Assembly (NCBI RefSeq): GCF_001194135.2
Contig: NC_068988.1
Coordinates: 77,209,556-77,247,801 of the forward strand
DNA length: 38,246 bases
Origin: Octopus bimaculoides
Lineage: Eukaryota
Direction: 5' to 3'
Made by a program: the position numbers and the translations under genes. Positions 21,539-33,020 of this stretch are shown here, piece by piece (within the stretch, counting starts at the first letter, position 1; every line of letters starts with the position of its first letter). Under the pieces are notes generated by a model. That model searched no databases, was not told where the DNA came from, and saw only the letters and a program-made list of their open reading frames with translations.

Positions 21539-23312
21539 CCCTTTAGTGTTCAGACCAGCCAAAACTGGCTAAAAAGAATTCTCCTTTTTTTGTTTGAACT
21601 GGCCAAATGCAACCATATCTGATTCCTCTACGAAATTACTAAAAAAATAAACAAATCATGTTATTGAATTCTTGTAGCTTTGAGATTATACGAGATAAAG
21701 CCTTTCCCACCTTTATTAAAGTAAAAATACCATGAAAGTTTTGAGACTTCCTGGTTTTTACAACGCTTGAAGAGAAGTGTATATCTTAGTTTTTAATGAT
21801 ATGGTGTCAACAAGTAGCAATTCCGACTTCGAAGGTTTTACTTTTGATGTATACAAAATACAAATGAAAACAACAGTGATTTGTTTACGGACAAATCTGA
21901 TACTGATATTTATGAATCTTTGTCGGACGAGGAAGATCTTGATAATGAAAGTGATAAAAATGATATTGAAAAAAATTATGGCAACATAGTTGAAGATTAC
22001 TACCTCAACCACAATTCCTGATTTCACAGAAATGACTAGTCCACAACACAGTCTACCTCCAAATGCTCAACCATTGGTCTATTTATTTTTATTTTTACAG
22101 AGAAGTTTTTTTGAAACTGTCACAGAGGAAACAAATAAATATGCTCAACACATAATTTCTATTTGTGGAAGACCCGATCCACTATGGCAGCCAACTGATA
22201 CAGCTGAAATGTGAGCTTTTTTTACTATAAACATTATGTTTGGTATCAAACTGCTTCCTCAACTGTGGAACTACTGTGGAGTCCTGATATAAGGTATGGT
22301 GATCCACATATCTCTAGCATTATGTCTAATTATAGTTAATTCATATATTGTTTATGTTAAAAGCCACAAGGTACCTCTATGACCATTTGGAATTTCAAAT
22401 TCGCATCACATCTCAGTTACGTGAGGGCTTTACTTCCAGTAAGCACAAAACTGGGAGAAAAGCAAAATTAACTGAGGTGGATGTCAATAGAGAAAATATC
22501 GACTTCCATAAAGTGGAAAAAATATTAGTTTGAGATCTCATTTATGTGTTTGTTTTGCAAAGTGCTCTTGTGTAAAGGGTGCTTTGGACAGTTTCATGAT
22601 AGAAATATGGCATAACTATATTTTGTTGTTTGATAGTAATACTATCATATATTCCTTTCATTTTATTACAAATAATATGTGAAAATGAGAAACACATATC
22701 AATTTTCAGTATGTTACATACCTGTATTCACCTTTGTCTCACCTGTTAATGGGTTTTCTTTATTAGATGCATTTTGTTATGTAAATGCATTCATTAAATT
22801 GTATAAGAATACATGGCCAATGGTGTATTGACTAGTAAAAGAGTTTTGTACTTTATTTTCAAAGAAAATGTTTGAATGAAATATAGTGAAAGAATAAAAT
22901 CTTGTACCAATCATACTTGTATTTTTTAATTAATTCAAACTAATGTACCTCATCTTGACAAGTGGCAAAATTGTTGGCTGTGAACATCTGGGATAATTTT
23001 AGTAACAAATCTAACAGGTAAGATGCATTAAGAATTTCAATTTTAGTGTTTATCCATAATGTTATTGCATTTACACCTATTAATTAAATTTACCTGCCCA
23101 TAAAAGTCAAATTTACCGAGAAAGATCAGCTAAAATTTCATAACTATAAATCACTGGTATATAAGCACCCAGTGACAACATTTCAAATTTATATGTAAAA
23201 AATTAACAATGTTACAAGCAAATATTGTGGACACCCTCTTGAACTTGAATACTTCAAAATAATGTGAACAAATAAGCATTACATTTGACAGATTAATCCG
23301 AACACTAAAGAG
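21539..23312 (+). mobile_element. Non-autonomous piggyBac element (1774 bp)
   Basis: TTAA|CCCTTTAGTGTTCAGA ... TCCGAACACTAAAGAG|TTAA (16-bp TIR, 2 mismatches, TTAA on both sides). Broken transposase N-terminus: acidic stretch then LFLQRSFFETVTEETNKYA..WQPTDTAEM*AFFTINIMFGIKLLPQLWNY; the catalytic core is not recognisable. Confidence 0.88.
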
Positions 23313-23672
23313 TTAATGTAATTTTGGCCTGCTAAGGGTGCTGCAATAATAATCAAAGGGTACAAGTATAGTAGTGAAGATGCTCTAATGAGAAGAACAA
23401 AGTATAAGTATGAATGGTTTGCAGCATTTATTTTTAATCCAGATTGTTCAGGGCTGAAATTCTGCCCAAATAGTATTTGGATTTTATTCCTTGAGGCTAC
23501 ATAAAAAATGAGTTGTAAACTGGAACTGACACATCTTTAGAGACTCTGGGCTCATCCTACCAGAAATTGATAAGCTATTTACTTAAGAAACAGAAATTTC
23601 AAAATAACTGCTGGGAACCTACTTAAACCATTTGCACAGATTATTATTAGCTGTCAGTGTCAATATTTAGTG

Positions 23673-23830
23673 AAGGTGGCAAACTGGCAGAATTGTTAGT
23701 CCCTGTTTACATTCTCAGTTCGAATGCCACTGAGGTTGACATCACCCATCATCCTTTTGGGGTCAATAAAATAAGTATCAGTTGAATAATGGGATCGATG
23801 TAATCAACTTCCCCTCCCATAAAATTACTG
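23673..23830 (+). mobile_element. SINE (type 3) fragment with internal deletion
   Basis: aaggtggcaaactggcagaattgttag..ttacattctcagttcgaat..catccttttggggtcaataaaataagta; shares its head with 24081-24206. Confidence 0.7.
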
Positions 23831-24080
23831 GCGTTGTTTCAATGGCTGACATCTATAAATATTGGTTTCCAATTTTGGCACAAGGTTGAATAAACATAGT
23901 TGTTTGAATCAACTGCAATGTATATGAATATTCCTTCATAAACAACCCAAAGGTAGAATAAATTAGTTTGAGAGGAGAAAGACAAGAAGTCAAATATTTT
24001 TGGGCAAAATCCGTCATTGGAAAGAGATGATTTCTCCTAGCCTCAAATAGATTGGGAGCTCATTTAAGAGCTTACCATTT

Positions 24081-24206
24081 AAGGTGGTGAACTGGCAGAA
24101 TCATTAGCACACCAGGCAAAATACTTAGCAGCATTTTGTCTATCTTTACATTCTGAGTTCGAATTCTGCTGAAGTTGACTTTGCCTTTCATCCTTTCACA
24201 GTCGAT
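24081..24206 (+). mobile_element. SINE (type 3) 5' portion
   Basis: aaggtggtgaactggcagaatcattagc..ttacattctgagttcgaattctgc (B box-like GTTCGAATTC)..catcctttcacagtcgat. Confidence 0.8.
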
Positions 24207-24970
24207 CATTTTCTTGGCGTTAGAAATAGTGGTCAATAATTCTCTTATATTCTTATTACCTCTAAAGGCTAAAATAGGCGGCTGAGAAAATATCTCTTTG
24301 AAATGAGGATATTTTTGGTCTCGGTGCTTAAAAAATTTGATTTTAGACACAAAATCAAAATTATCCTGAATATAGGAATTTGAACTTTTTGCGACAAGGA
24401 GTAGAAAGCCATCCAACCATTCTGAAATCTTGACTGTACAACATTCATATCTGCTGCAAGTTGGGTGCATTGGAGGAAATCTTTCAAACTTTTTGTGTAT
24501 TTGAGGGAGGCCATAAAAATACAAGTGTTCTTTTTTCTCACTGTAAAATTTTGGATTTGGCCTTATTAATGAAATTGTTTTCCTTCATTTCTAGAATTAT
24601 TTCGTCCAGTTTCTCTCTGTAATTCTTCATATGAATTCCTCTCATGCAACTCTTCATATGAAGTTTTGTCATTTAAAACTTCTTCACAAACTGAAATATA
24701 CTCACTTTTGTCCATAATTATGATAGCTCCTCCCTTATTCGCCATTTTAATAACAAAACAATTGTTTTTAGCTAGACGTCGGAGTGCAAAATATTGGGAA
24801 TTTGTGAGGTTATTCCAGGACTTCTTTCCACTTGTTTTAAGGCTTTCTCTAATGCCTGTCTGACAAGAATCAAGAAATTCCAGTAGTGCTTGTGAATGTC
24901 CATCCCAAACATTTGTTTTTCTATCTTATTAATCTCAACACCAAAGCATTGTGTAACCATCACTGCCAAA
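24207..24970 (-). mobile_element. Penelope-like element relic with RT core deleted
   Basis: Minus strand NKGGAIIIMDK (about 24710-24745), FYGLPQIHK..KISEWLD..SYIQDNFDFVSKI, then directly KEIFSQPPILAFRGNKNIRELL, which is a post-RT linker motif. Confidence 0.8.
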
Positions 24971-25618
24971 AGTTAGGAGACTAAATAATTTTATATTCCT
25001 TTATTATGCTAGATATTACAAACTAGGCCATACTAGAGCATTACCTGCCTTTAAATGAGATCAAGGTTTGAACAGGTGGCAGTCAAACAACTATTTACAT
25101 GTGTTACCCTGTTAATGCTTAATGAGGCATATTTTACCAGCTATAAACGTTCTCTGAACTGAATCATCCCACCTTATTAGTGTGACTGGTCTTAGTGAGT
25201 TTTCAGTAGTTACCTTATCTGATGCTAAGCATGGGGCAAATATCTAATTGCCATACTAGACTAATTACTATGACTTTCAGTCTCAAACCAAAGAAACTTA
25301 ACAGCAATAAACTTGATTACAAAATCCTGCTGCAACTGATGATTGAAAGGTGAAGTTGATTTCAATGAGAAGTGAACTTAGTACATAAAATAAAAGAAGT
25401 ACATAGTGTACTACTATTCTAATATCTGAATATCTGACATTCCTTCAACTTTACCATTGAATTCCTGTAAAAACGGACATGAACATGCAGTGAGCTTCAT
25501 TGAATAGAGCTTCAACTTCTGGTTAACCAAGTTGGTTCTCTGCTTCCAATTCTTGACTTTGGCTATTTCCTTTCACTGAAGTAATTATGAAATACGTGAA
25601 TATCGTGACAGTCAGTAC

Positions 25619-25780
25619 CTTCCGTCAATAAAAAGCAAAAAGAAAAAAAATTGTACTGCTATTACAAATGGACTTGCAGAATACAACAGGAAGCCAACCA
25701 CTTTACTCTGCTTTCCTTGAAGCTTAGTTAACTGAGATAAGGACATAGTGCAAGCCACAACAGAATCATAGTAAGCTACA
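25619..25780 (-). CDS. Candidate internal exon of an unidentified host gene (162 nt, phase 2/2)
   Basis: tatttattcactag|..AAG|gtactg. Only one frame is open: (C)VAYYDSVVACTMSLSQLTKLQGKQSKVVGFLLYSASPFVIAVQFFFFLLFIDG(R). Product not recognised; could be chance. Confidence 0.22.
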
Positions 25781-26039
25781 CTAGTGAATAAATAGGTTTT
25801 TATAGCTCATATTTTATTTTGATTTTTTTTTTTTATTGTTGGTAAAGAAAAAAATGTCATGTGGAATAAGTGGATTGGAGAACTGTCTAAGCATTGCTTA
25901 CTTTCTGAAGAATTCTTTTCACTGCTTATTGTGAAGATATTTTAATATGAAAGAAAATAAATAAATAAGAAACAGAAAAGAAAATGTCAATGATCCAATC
26001 AGTTTTGGTGAAGGTAATACTTTAACTAAACACACCTCA

Positions 26040-26215
26040 CTTTCTCACTCTCTCATTTCTCTTTTTTACCCTTTCTCTTTCTTCTTGCTTACTCTTTCTC
26101 TCTCATTTCTTTCTTTTACCCTTTCTCTTTCTTCTTCTTGCTTACTCTTTCTCTCTCACTTCTTGCTTTTACCTCTTCTCTCTCTTTCTCACTTTCTAAT
26201 CTCTCTTTTACACTT
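26040..26215. repeat. Pyrimidine-rich tract with an about 55-bp imperfect tandem repeat
   Basis: tctcatttct..ttttaccctttctctttcttcttgcttactctttctc occurs twice, with a partial third copy. Confidence 0.8.
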
Positions 26216-27980
26216 AATGTCTTTTATTCAATGACAAACTTTTTGGAAGTATTATTATTTTTGAGATAAGAGTTTATAGTATGTATGTTTATACATATGT
26301 ATGTATTTGTGTGTGTATGTATGCATGCATGTCTGTACATATAATTGTTTTTTAGAGAGTCGTTGAGGATTGTGGAATAAAACAACTGAATTAATGAGTG
26401 GGATAGATATTCAAATGTACATATGTACATAATTGGTAGTGCTGATGCATGGCCATAGTTTTTGAGTTGGAACACATAAAGGAATGTGTGCATAAATGTG
26501 TGTAAGTATCAGTGTGAATCTATGCATATATATGTATTTATATTTGCATATGTATATGTATGTATTTATGCCTGAGCATGTATATGCACATGTGTATGTA
26601 TTGTATATACAAAAACAACTACTTATATTTTATTTTCTAATGTTGATGATTCACCTCATTGTAATTGCATTCATTCAAGTGACAACAGATATGCAAACAC
26701 ATAAAAATGTAGACATGTTGATAGGTTGATATGCAGATAATATATATGTAGACAATGTAATATGTATTCCCCTATGCTTGAATGCCACTCACATTTAAGC
26801 TTGCTATCTTCTTCCCCCAACAGACTCATTGTATTTGTCCTACGTCTCCCCCATTTACTGGCTCTTCCCTGTGCCTTTTCTTTTTACACCATGTGCATTA
26901 TGTCTTGCTCTTTACCTGTTCATCAAAGTTATTTTTACTTAGTGGAATTTGTCATCTTCTTCATAATTGCTGTTGCTTCTCCTTCGTGGAGTTAATCAGC
27001 TTATTACCTCCATCTGATCATTCTGCTAAACTCCTTTCACATTTTCCACTGTTGTATAATTTTTAACAATTTCTTTTACTTTTTCTCTTTTCACAAAATC
27101 CATATATTTTCCTCTTTTTTTTTTTCAAATTTTAGTTTGAACCTTAACTCTTTGTTAAGAACATTTTCACACTCTGATATACTTTTGTTATACCCTTGCA
27201 CACACATCAATAACATATTCCACATTACTCTTCCCATCACATGTACTCCATGAATATCTTTATTTTCTTACACTCACACATGCTTTCTCCACTTACATGC
27301 TTCCATACAACCCACTGAATGATAACTCATAAACACTCTAACACTCCACATCTCAACTAACCATCTCCACCATATTTCCACATTTGCACATTTTTATACT
27401 CATACATGCATGACGCAGACATACATATCATTCCTTACTTATAGTTGTTTCCAGGCGCAGATGCACTCTCAAATTTGTATTTACACAGCCTACACTTCAT
27501 CTCTTCATAATACCTCCCCATAGAACCACATTCTCACCTGGTTTTTCACCCTTCACCAATTTTTCACAGACTGTTTTTTCCGTCTCCCTTCCTCTATGCC
27601 TTCATGTTTCTTCTTCTAATGTCCAAAAAGTTAAGGCACCTATTTCCATGAAAGCTAATACCATATGTCAGGCTTTTTCCTTATCCTGGTGGTCCTTTTA
27701 CTGTTCATAATATTTACACTATATATGCATGCATACATTTATGAATGACCTGGGTATGACATTAAACTGCATTCAGTGGTGAAATTCTAGTGTGGGAATT
27801 CTGTAGTTGTAAGGAGAATGAAATCCCCCCTTAATTAGCATTACTATTAGGTTGTCAATAAAGTTCTTGTGGAATTTTTAATTTTGGTTTTAAATGATGT
27901 ATTTTCAAATTAATTTTCATTAAATTACTTTGACATTATATATCATTTTAAAGCCCATTTTGCGCTTTATCTAATCATGT

Positions 27981-28386
27981 TACTCTTTTTCTTTTTACTC
28001 TTTTACTTGTTTCAGTCATTTGACTGTGGCCATGCTGGAGCACTGCCTTTAGTTGAGCAAATCGACCCCAGGACTTATTCTTTGTAAGCCTAGTACTTAT
28101 TCTATCGGTCTTTTTACGGGTACGTAAACACACCAGCATTGGTTGTCAAGCGATGTTGGGGGGGGGGACAAACACAGACACACAAACATATACACACACA
28201 TACATATATGTACATTTATATATACATACATACGACGGGCTTCTTTCAGTTTCTGTCTGCCAAATCCACTCACAAGGCTTTGGTCGGCCCGAGGCTATAG
28301 TAGAAGACACTTACCCAAGGTGCCACGCAGTGGGACTGAACCTGGAACCATGCGGTTCATAAGCAAGCTACTTACCATACAGCCAC
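27981..28386 (-). mobile_element. tRNA-derived SINE (type 1) nested in the mariner 5' UTR
   Basis: Collinear with 8601-9037; A/B box-like head on the minus strand, with a few 5' bases missing. Confidence 0.9.
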
Positions 28387-28425
28387 GAATAATTAGGCCA
28401 TTTTTTCCTGAACATTGAATACAAC

Positions 28426-29453
28426 ATTGACAAAAAGCAAATTCACACAATTTTCTTATTCCATTTCAAGCTAGGCCGAAAAGCTGCTGAAACAGCTCGT
28501 GATATCAATGATGCATTTGGCCCAGGAACCACTAAGGAACATACAGCACAATGGTGGTTCAAGAAATATCGTAGCGGTGACAACAGTCTCAAAGGGGATA
28601 AGCGTAGTGGTTGGCCACTGGATGTTAACAACAATCAATTAAGAGCCGTAGTCGAAGTCAATCCACGCACAACTGTTCGAGAGCTTGCTTCTGAATTAGA
28701 CGCAATGTATACAACAATTTCTAACCACTTGAAAGAGATTGGAAGAACAAAAATACTTGAGAAATAAGTGCTGCATGAATTGAACGACAACCAAAAAAAA
28801 AAAAAAAATGCCATTTTGAAGTGTTGTCTTCCCTTCTTTTATGCAACAAAAACAACCTGTTTCTCAACTGGATTGTGACTTACAATGAAAAGTGGATTCT
28901 TTACAACAACCGGTGATGCTCAGCTCAGTGGCTGAATGCCAACGAAGCTCCATGGCACTTCCCGAAGCCAAAGTTGCACCAAAAGAAGGTCATGCCGACT
29001 GTTTGGTGGTCTGCGGCCAGTCTCATCCATCACAGCTTTTTGGTTGTAGGTGAAACCATTACGGTGAAGAAGTACTGTCAGCAAATGGATGAAATGCATA
29101 AGAAACCCCGACAACAACAGCCAGCATTGGTTGATAGAAAAGGACCAATTCTTCTCCACAACAGCGCTCGGCTGCACGTCGCACAACTGACCTTGCAGAA
29201 GTTGAATGAATTGGGCTATGAAACTCTGCCTCATCCGCCATACTTACCAGACCTCTCACCTACCGACTACCACTTTTTCAAGCACCTCGACAGCTTCCTG
29301 CGTGAGAAATGCTTCAAAAACCAAGACGGTGCCAAACATGCCTTTAACGACTTCATCACAACCAGAACACAGGATTTTTATGCTACTGGCATAAATAAAC
29401 TTGTTTTGCATTGGCAAAAGTGTGTTAATTCTGATGGTGTTTATTTTGATTAA
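28426..29453 (+). pseudogene. Mariner (DD34D) transposase pseudogene
   Basis: DKKQIHTIFLFHFKLGRKAAETARDIN..WWFKKYRSG; WIVTYNEKWILY; HNSARLHVA; YLPDLSPTDYHFF; WQKCVNSDGVYFD*. Start is ATT, with in-frame TAA/TGA stops and an expanded poly-A run near 28792-28807. Confidence 0.93.
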
Positions 29454-29536
29454 TAAAGTTTTGTTTGAGCTAAGATATATGCATCTGAATTTAAAGGTTA
29501 AAAACGCAATAACTTTCTTGACAACCTAATAATTAC

Positions 29537-29652
29537 CAATCTGCTCTGGAATGGTAGTACTTGTTAGAATCCCATCTATGGGTTAAATAGATTTCCCAAG
29601 GGTAGAGAAGGCTCCCATCATTTTTGTCAAAGCTGTGGGGAAGGCAGCTCTT
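29537..29652 (-). CDS. Candidate internal exon of an unidentified host gene (116 nt, phase 0/2)
   Basis: atatctttctcctag|AAG..GATTG|gtaatt; open frame KSCLPHSFDKNDGSLLYPWEIYLTHRWDSNKYYHSRAD. Phase-compatible with 25619-25780. Product not recognised. Confidence 0.28.
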
Positions 29653-29930
29653 CTAGGAGAAAGATATTCTGACATAAAACTGGCAGTCAAAATAGTAGTA
29701 GTCATCTTGCAAAGATTGTTACTAGAACCCATTATGGCAGTTGAGAAGCTTTTGTCATTTAATTCCATTGGCATATTGTATTTTATATTGGTATTTTGTA
29801 TTTTATAAAGTCCTATAGAAATGGATGCATGGCATGAAAAGTCATATCCATGCACATACAGGGATGAAAGTAAATCAGGACAATCAGACTGAATGTGAGA
29901 CAGCTATTGTCTGATAAGATATGGCAATCA

Positions 29931-29986
<56 letters not shown>

Positions 29987-30136
29987 GATTCATAGCTTGT
30001 AGCATACTTTGTCTAATTGTTTAAAGTGTTTTTGTAGGTGAGAACAAATATAGATGACCTCTCAGTTCCTCTACTCGACCTAGTGAAACATTCAGGAACT
30101 AACTGCTGGGGGGGCCAAGTATGCTGCTCAGCTGGG

Positions 30137-30213
30137 ACATACCTGGTCCAAAAATCAGTCTAATAACCTTATGATCAAGAGTCCAGCATCTTAACCAATA
30201 TGCCATGTGCCTT
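30137..30213 (-). mobile_element. Decayed tRNA-like SINE head
   Basis: Reverse complement ggcacatggcatattggttaagatgctggactcttgatcataaggttattagactgatttttggaccagg has a tRNA-like layout with degenerate boxes. Confidence 0.6.
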
Positions 30214-30216
30214 AAC

Positions 30217-30235
30217 ATGCTCGCGCGCTCGCGCT

Positions 30236-30278
<43 letters not shown>

Positions 30279-30330
30279 ACACACACACACACACACGTAC
30301 ACATGTACGTACACACACATATACACACCT
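30217..30330. repeat. (CG)-rich plus (CA)n alternating purine-pyrimidine tract
   Basis: catgctcgcgcgctcgcgctcgcgcgc(ac)n..; directly visible. Confidence 0.9.
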
Positions 30331-30513
30331 TTCTGAAGTATTAGGCAAATTCATGCATGCAATGATGTAAATATTCTATTTTGTTTTATTTTCTCACTTC
30401 ACTTCATTCCAGCCTATTTCCTTGCAAACTTTCTGTACCTAAAATACAATTCCCTTGTTTTCTCAGAGCTGTATGGTTTGGGTGGTTTGACCAGAGCTGG
30501 CAAACTGGAGAGC

Positions 30514-30762
30514 TGCCAGTCTTGAATTCCTCTGTTATGGCCTGGCAGACAATGATGAAAAGGAGGGGATTGAGGATTGAGCTTTGATGAACCCCTACAT
30601 CTATGCCAAATGGTTTACTGTATTCATCGTTAGCTCTCACTCTACCAACAGCATCTCTATACATGGCTTGTACATCTTGCACAAACCACTCATCTATCCC
30701 TAGCCTCCTGAGAGCTCACTATATCACACAGCAGGGTGTACTCTATCGAAGGCTTCCTCATA
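30514..30762 (-). mobile_element. RTE reverse transcriptase fragment
   Basis: EAFDRV..LRRLGIDEWFVQDVQAMYRDAVGRVR..VGVHQSSILNPLLFIIVCQAITEEFKTG; ends just before the YADD motif. Confidence 0.85.
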
Positions 30763-30777
30763 TAATCTTACTCTGCG

Positions 30778-30846
<69 letters not shown>

Positions 30847-31020
30847 GCACACACACACACCTTTAATATTTATAAATATGTACATCTGAATCTGTGCGTG
30901 TGTGTAGGAATTGGTTTGTTCATAATGAGAAAGATGAACACAGTCTGAACAGGCTTCTCAAAGTCTTGACAATCTGGTTACTGACAGTTCCACTGCAACA
31001 GTTACAGTGATACTGTCAGT

Positions 31021-31308
31021 GACCAGGTTGCAGATAGTGCAACAAAAATTTTCACGCCAAATGATAAACGTTTAAGTGGAGATGGGTTTTTGTGTGTTTT
31101 TGAATTGCTAATATCGATTTTGGTTTCAAAATATGGTCTCAGATGAAATATCAGGCTAAACAAGCGCAGCACGGAATTTTGTCAGTAAACAGGTCGCGGT
31201 CTCAAAGCGGCGAATATATTTTGGCAAGTTAAATTTAAATGTTGAAGTGAATCTAATGGTTTTTGTGTTTTTAAATGGCTTATAAACACCTTCCATGCTG
31301 CAATTGTT

Positions 31309-31340
<32 letters not shown>

Positions 31341-32270
31341 CATGCCCCCCTCCTTCACCGCCNNNNNNNNNNNNNNNNNNNNNNNNNNNNNNNNNNNNNN
31401 NNNNNNNNNNNNNNNNNNNNNNNNNNNNNNNNNNNNNNNNNNNNNNNNNNNNNNNNNNNNNNNNNNNNNNNNNNNNNNNNNNNNNNNNNNNNNNNNNNNN
31501 NNNNNNNNNNNNNNNNNNNNNNNNNNNNNNNNCTTGATTTTTAATACCTCTGCCGAAAGAATACGAATTTCAGAAGATGCTCAGATAAGAAATTTTGTCT
31601 TTTCAACCTTGTTCATCTGCTCCTCTATTTCTGTGTAGATCACAAAACCCCTATTAGTTCTTTTCATTATTCTATCTATTTCATTACCATGTAAACATAG
31701 TTTTAAAAGTTTCATCTTCCTCATTGTTGTCTTTAGATAAACTTCAGTTCAAGCATTATCGTTAATTGTCACATATTCATTTATTCAAGTTTATCACATC
31801 GTTGCTTATTTTTCTAATTTTGTCGCAGATTGGCTGACCGAAAATTCTAAGATTTTTCAATTCTATTTCACTATTATCAGCATTTGCTGTTTCATTATAT
31901 TATGTTACTCCAAATCCCAAAAGAATATTTTTCTCCCTTGTGTTCTATCTCTGACCACCCTAACTCTGTCCCCTCCCTCTCTCTCTGCCTCACTCTGTCT
32001 CTCCCTCTCTCTGTTTCGATTGCCACTTGTTTTGCCAACACTTCCCCCTTCTCCACCATCCCACCCTATATAAACTAGCGCATGCACTCAGATTCCCCTA
32101 CTCGATTTTTAATAACTCCATCAAAAGGATACACGTCCAGAAGATGCTCTTGTCTAAATTTGCTAGATCGCGGTATGCCTGCCTTCCCACCCCCTCCTCC
32201 TATCCTCTCCCATCCTTTGGTTGTCTCCCATGAACACTTCTAAAGGCTTCACGCCATCCTCACCCCTACT
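31021..32270. promoter_or_regulatory. CpG-enriched, non-repetitive promoter-like segment
   Basis: Hand count of 23 CpG in about 1080 sequenced bases, versus about 6 in 26000-27800. GATTGG (CCAAT, reverse) near 31828, CT-repeat tract 31970-32012, GCGCATGCAC at 32078. Confidence 0.45.
31363..31532. other. Assembly gap (N run)
   Basis: N bases. Confidence 1.
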
Positions 32271-32384
32271 TAGGGTTTATCTCCTATGTAAGGTAGTGAT
32301 CATATATAAAAATGATGGTGTAGTGTATGCAAATTGAAGGCTATTGTTTGTTTATGAATTCTGCCAAATGCGGGCTTTCGTTTC

Positions 32385-33009
32385 AGGTACATGATGCTGC
32401 TGTCCCCCATCCCAGGGTCTCACAGGCCCACACCTCTCACACCCTCAGAGTTGGCACATTCAACATGGGCACACCAAAAGGAGGTAGGTCTTGTGAGATT
32501 GTCGAGATGCTCGAACGGAGATGTGTCGATTTGTGCTGCCTCCAAGAAGTAAGGTGGAGAGGAGGTTCCGCTAGGTTCCTCACAGGCAAAGAACACAGGT
32601 ACAAAATCTTCTGGGCAGGGAACACTGATGGGGTCGGGGGCATGGGTATACTTCTTGTGGAGAAATGTGTTGATAAGATAATCGAGGTAGTCAGAGTATG
32701 CGACAGAATACTTAAGATTAGATTAGTGCTTCATCATGGGTTAGCAACCATTATCTTGGCCTATGCCCCTCAGCCGGGGCTACCTGATGGACAGAAAGAT
32801 CGATTTTATGGCACCCTCTTGCAGACTACTTCATTGACGAATGACAGGGACCTTCTCTTTGTGGCTGGTGACTTCAATGGACATGTTGGACAATATGCAG
32901 GGGGCTTCCATGGAGTACATAGAGGCTATGGCTTTGGTTCCCGCAATGAGGAAGGAACCAGACTGCTGGAGTTCTGTGATGCAAATGATCTTATGGTTTG
33001 CAATACTAA
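32385..33009 (+). mobile_element. RTE apurinic-like endonuclease domain, 3'-truncated
   Basis: LRVGTFNMGT..DLCCLQEVRWRG..AYAPQ..VAGDFNGHVG..GYGFGSRNEEGTRLLEFC..VCNTN; stop-free, but the C-terminal DY/SDH motifs are missing. Confidence 0.92.
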
Positions 33010-33020
33010 TAACCTTATGA

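Larger units (their letters stand above)
27847..29529 (+). mobile_element. Full-length decayed mariner (about 1.27 kb excluding nested SINE)
   Basis: 19-bp TIRs ttaggttgtcaataaagtt / aactttcttgacaacctaa (1 mismatch), TA on both sides, complete transposase remnant inside. Confidence 0.95.

Noticed and set aside
23330-23502. Stop-free frames on both strands just right of the piggyBac
   Set aside because: No convincing splice sites or recognisable motif; within chance expectation.
25281-25349. Plus-strand mini-exon LKPKKLNSNKLDYKILLQLMIER
   Set aside because: Weak donor (gtgaag), short, no compatible neighbours, no recognisable homology.
29590-29775. Resemblance of the plus-frame peptide to RT domain 1-2 (FP..K..GK..Y..I.L..ILQR)
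   Set aside because: The conserved W and NYRPISL residues differ by too many nucleotides for a stop-free, neutrally decayed LINE; probably coincidental.
32067-32095. TATATAAA plus TCAGAT as TATA box and initiator
   Set aside because: Spacing is about 23 bp rather than about 30 bp, and such motifs are common in AT-rich DNA.
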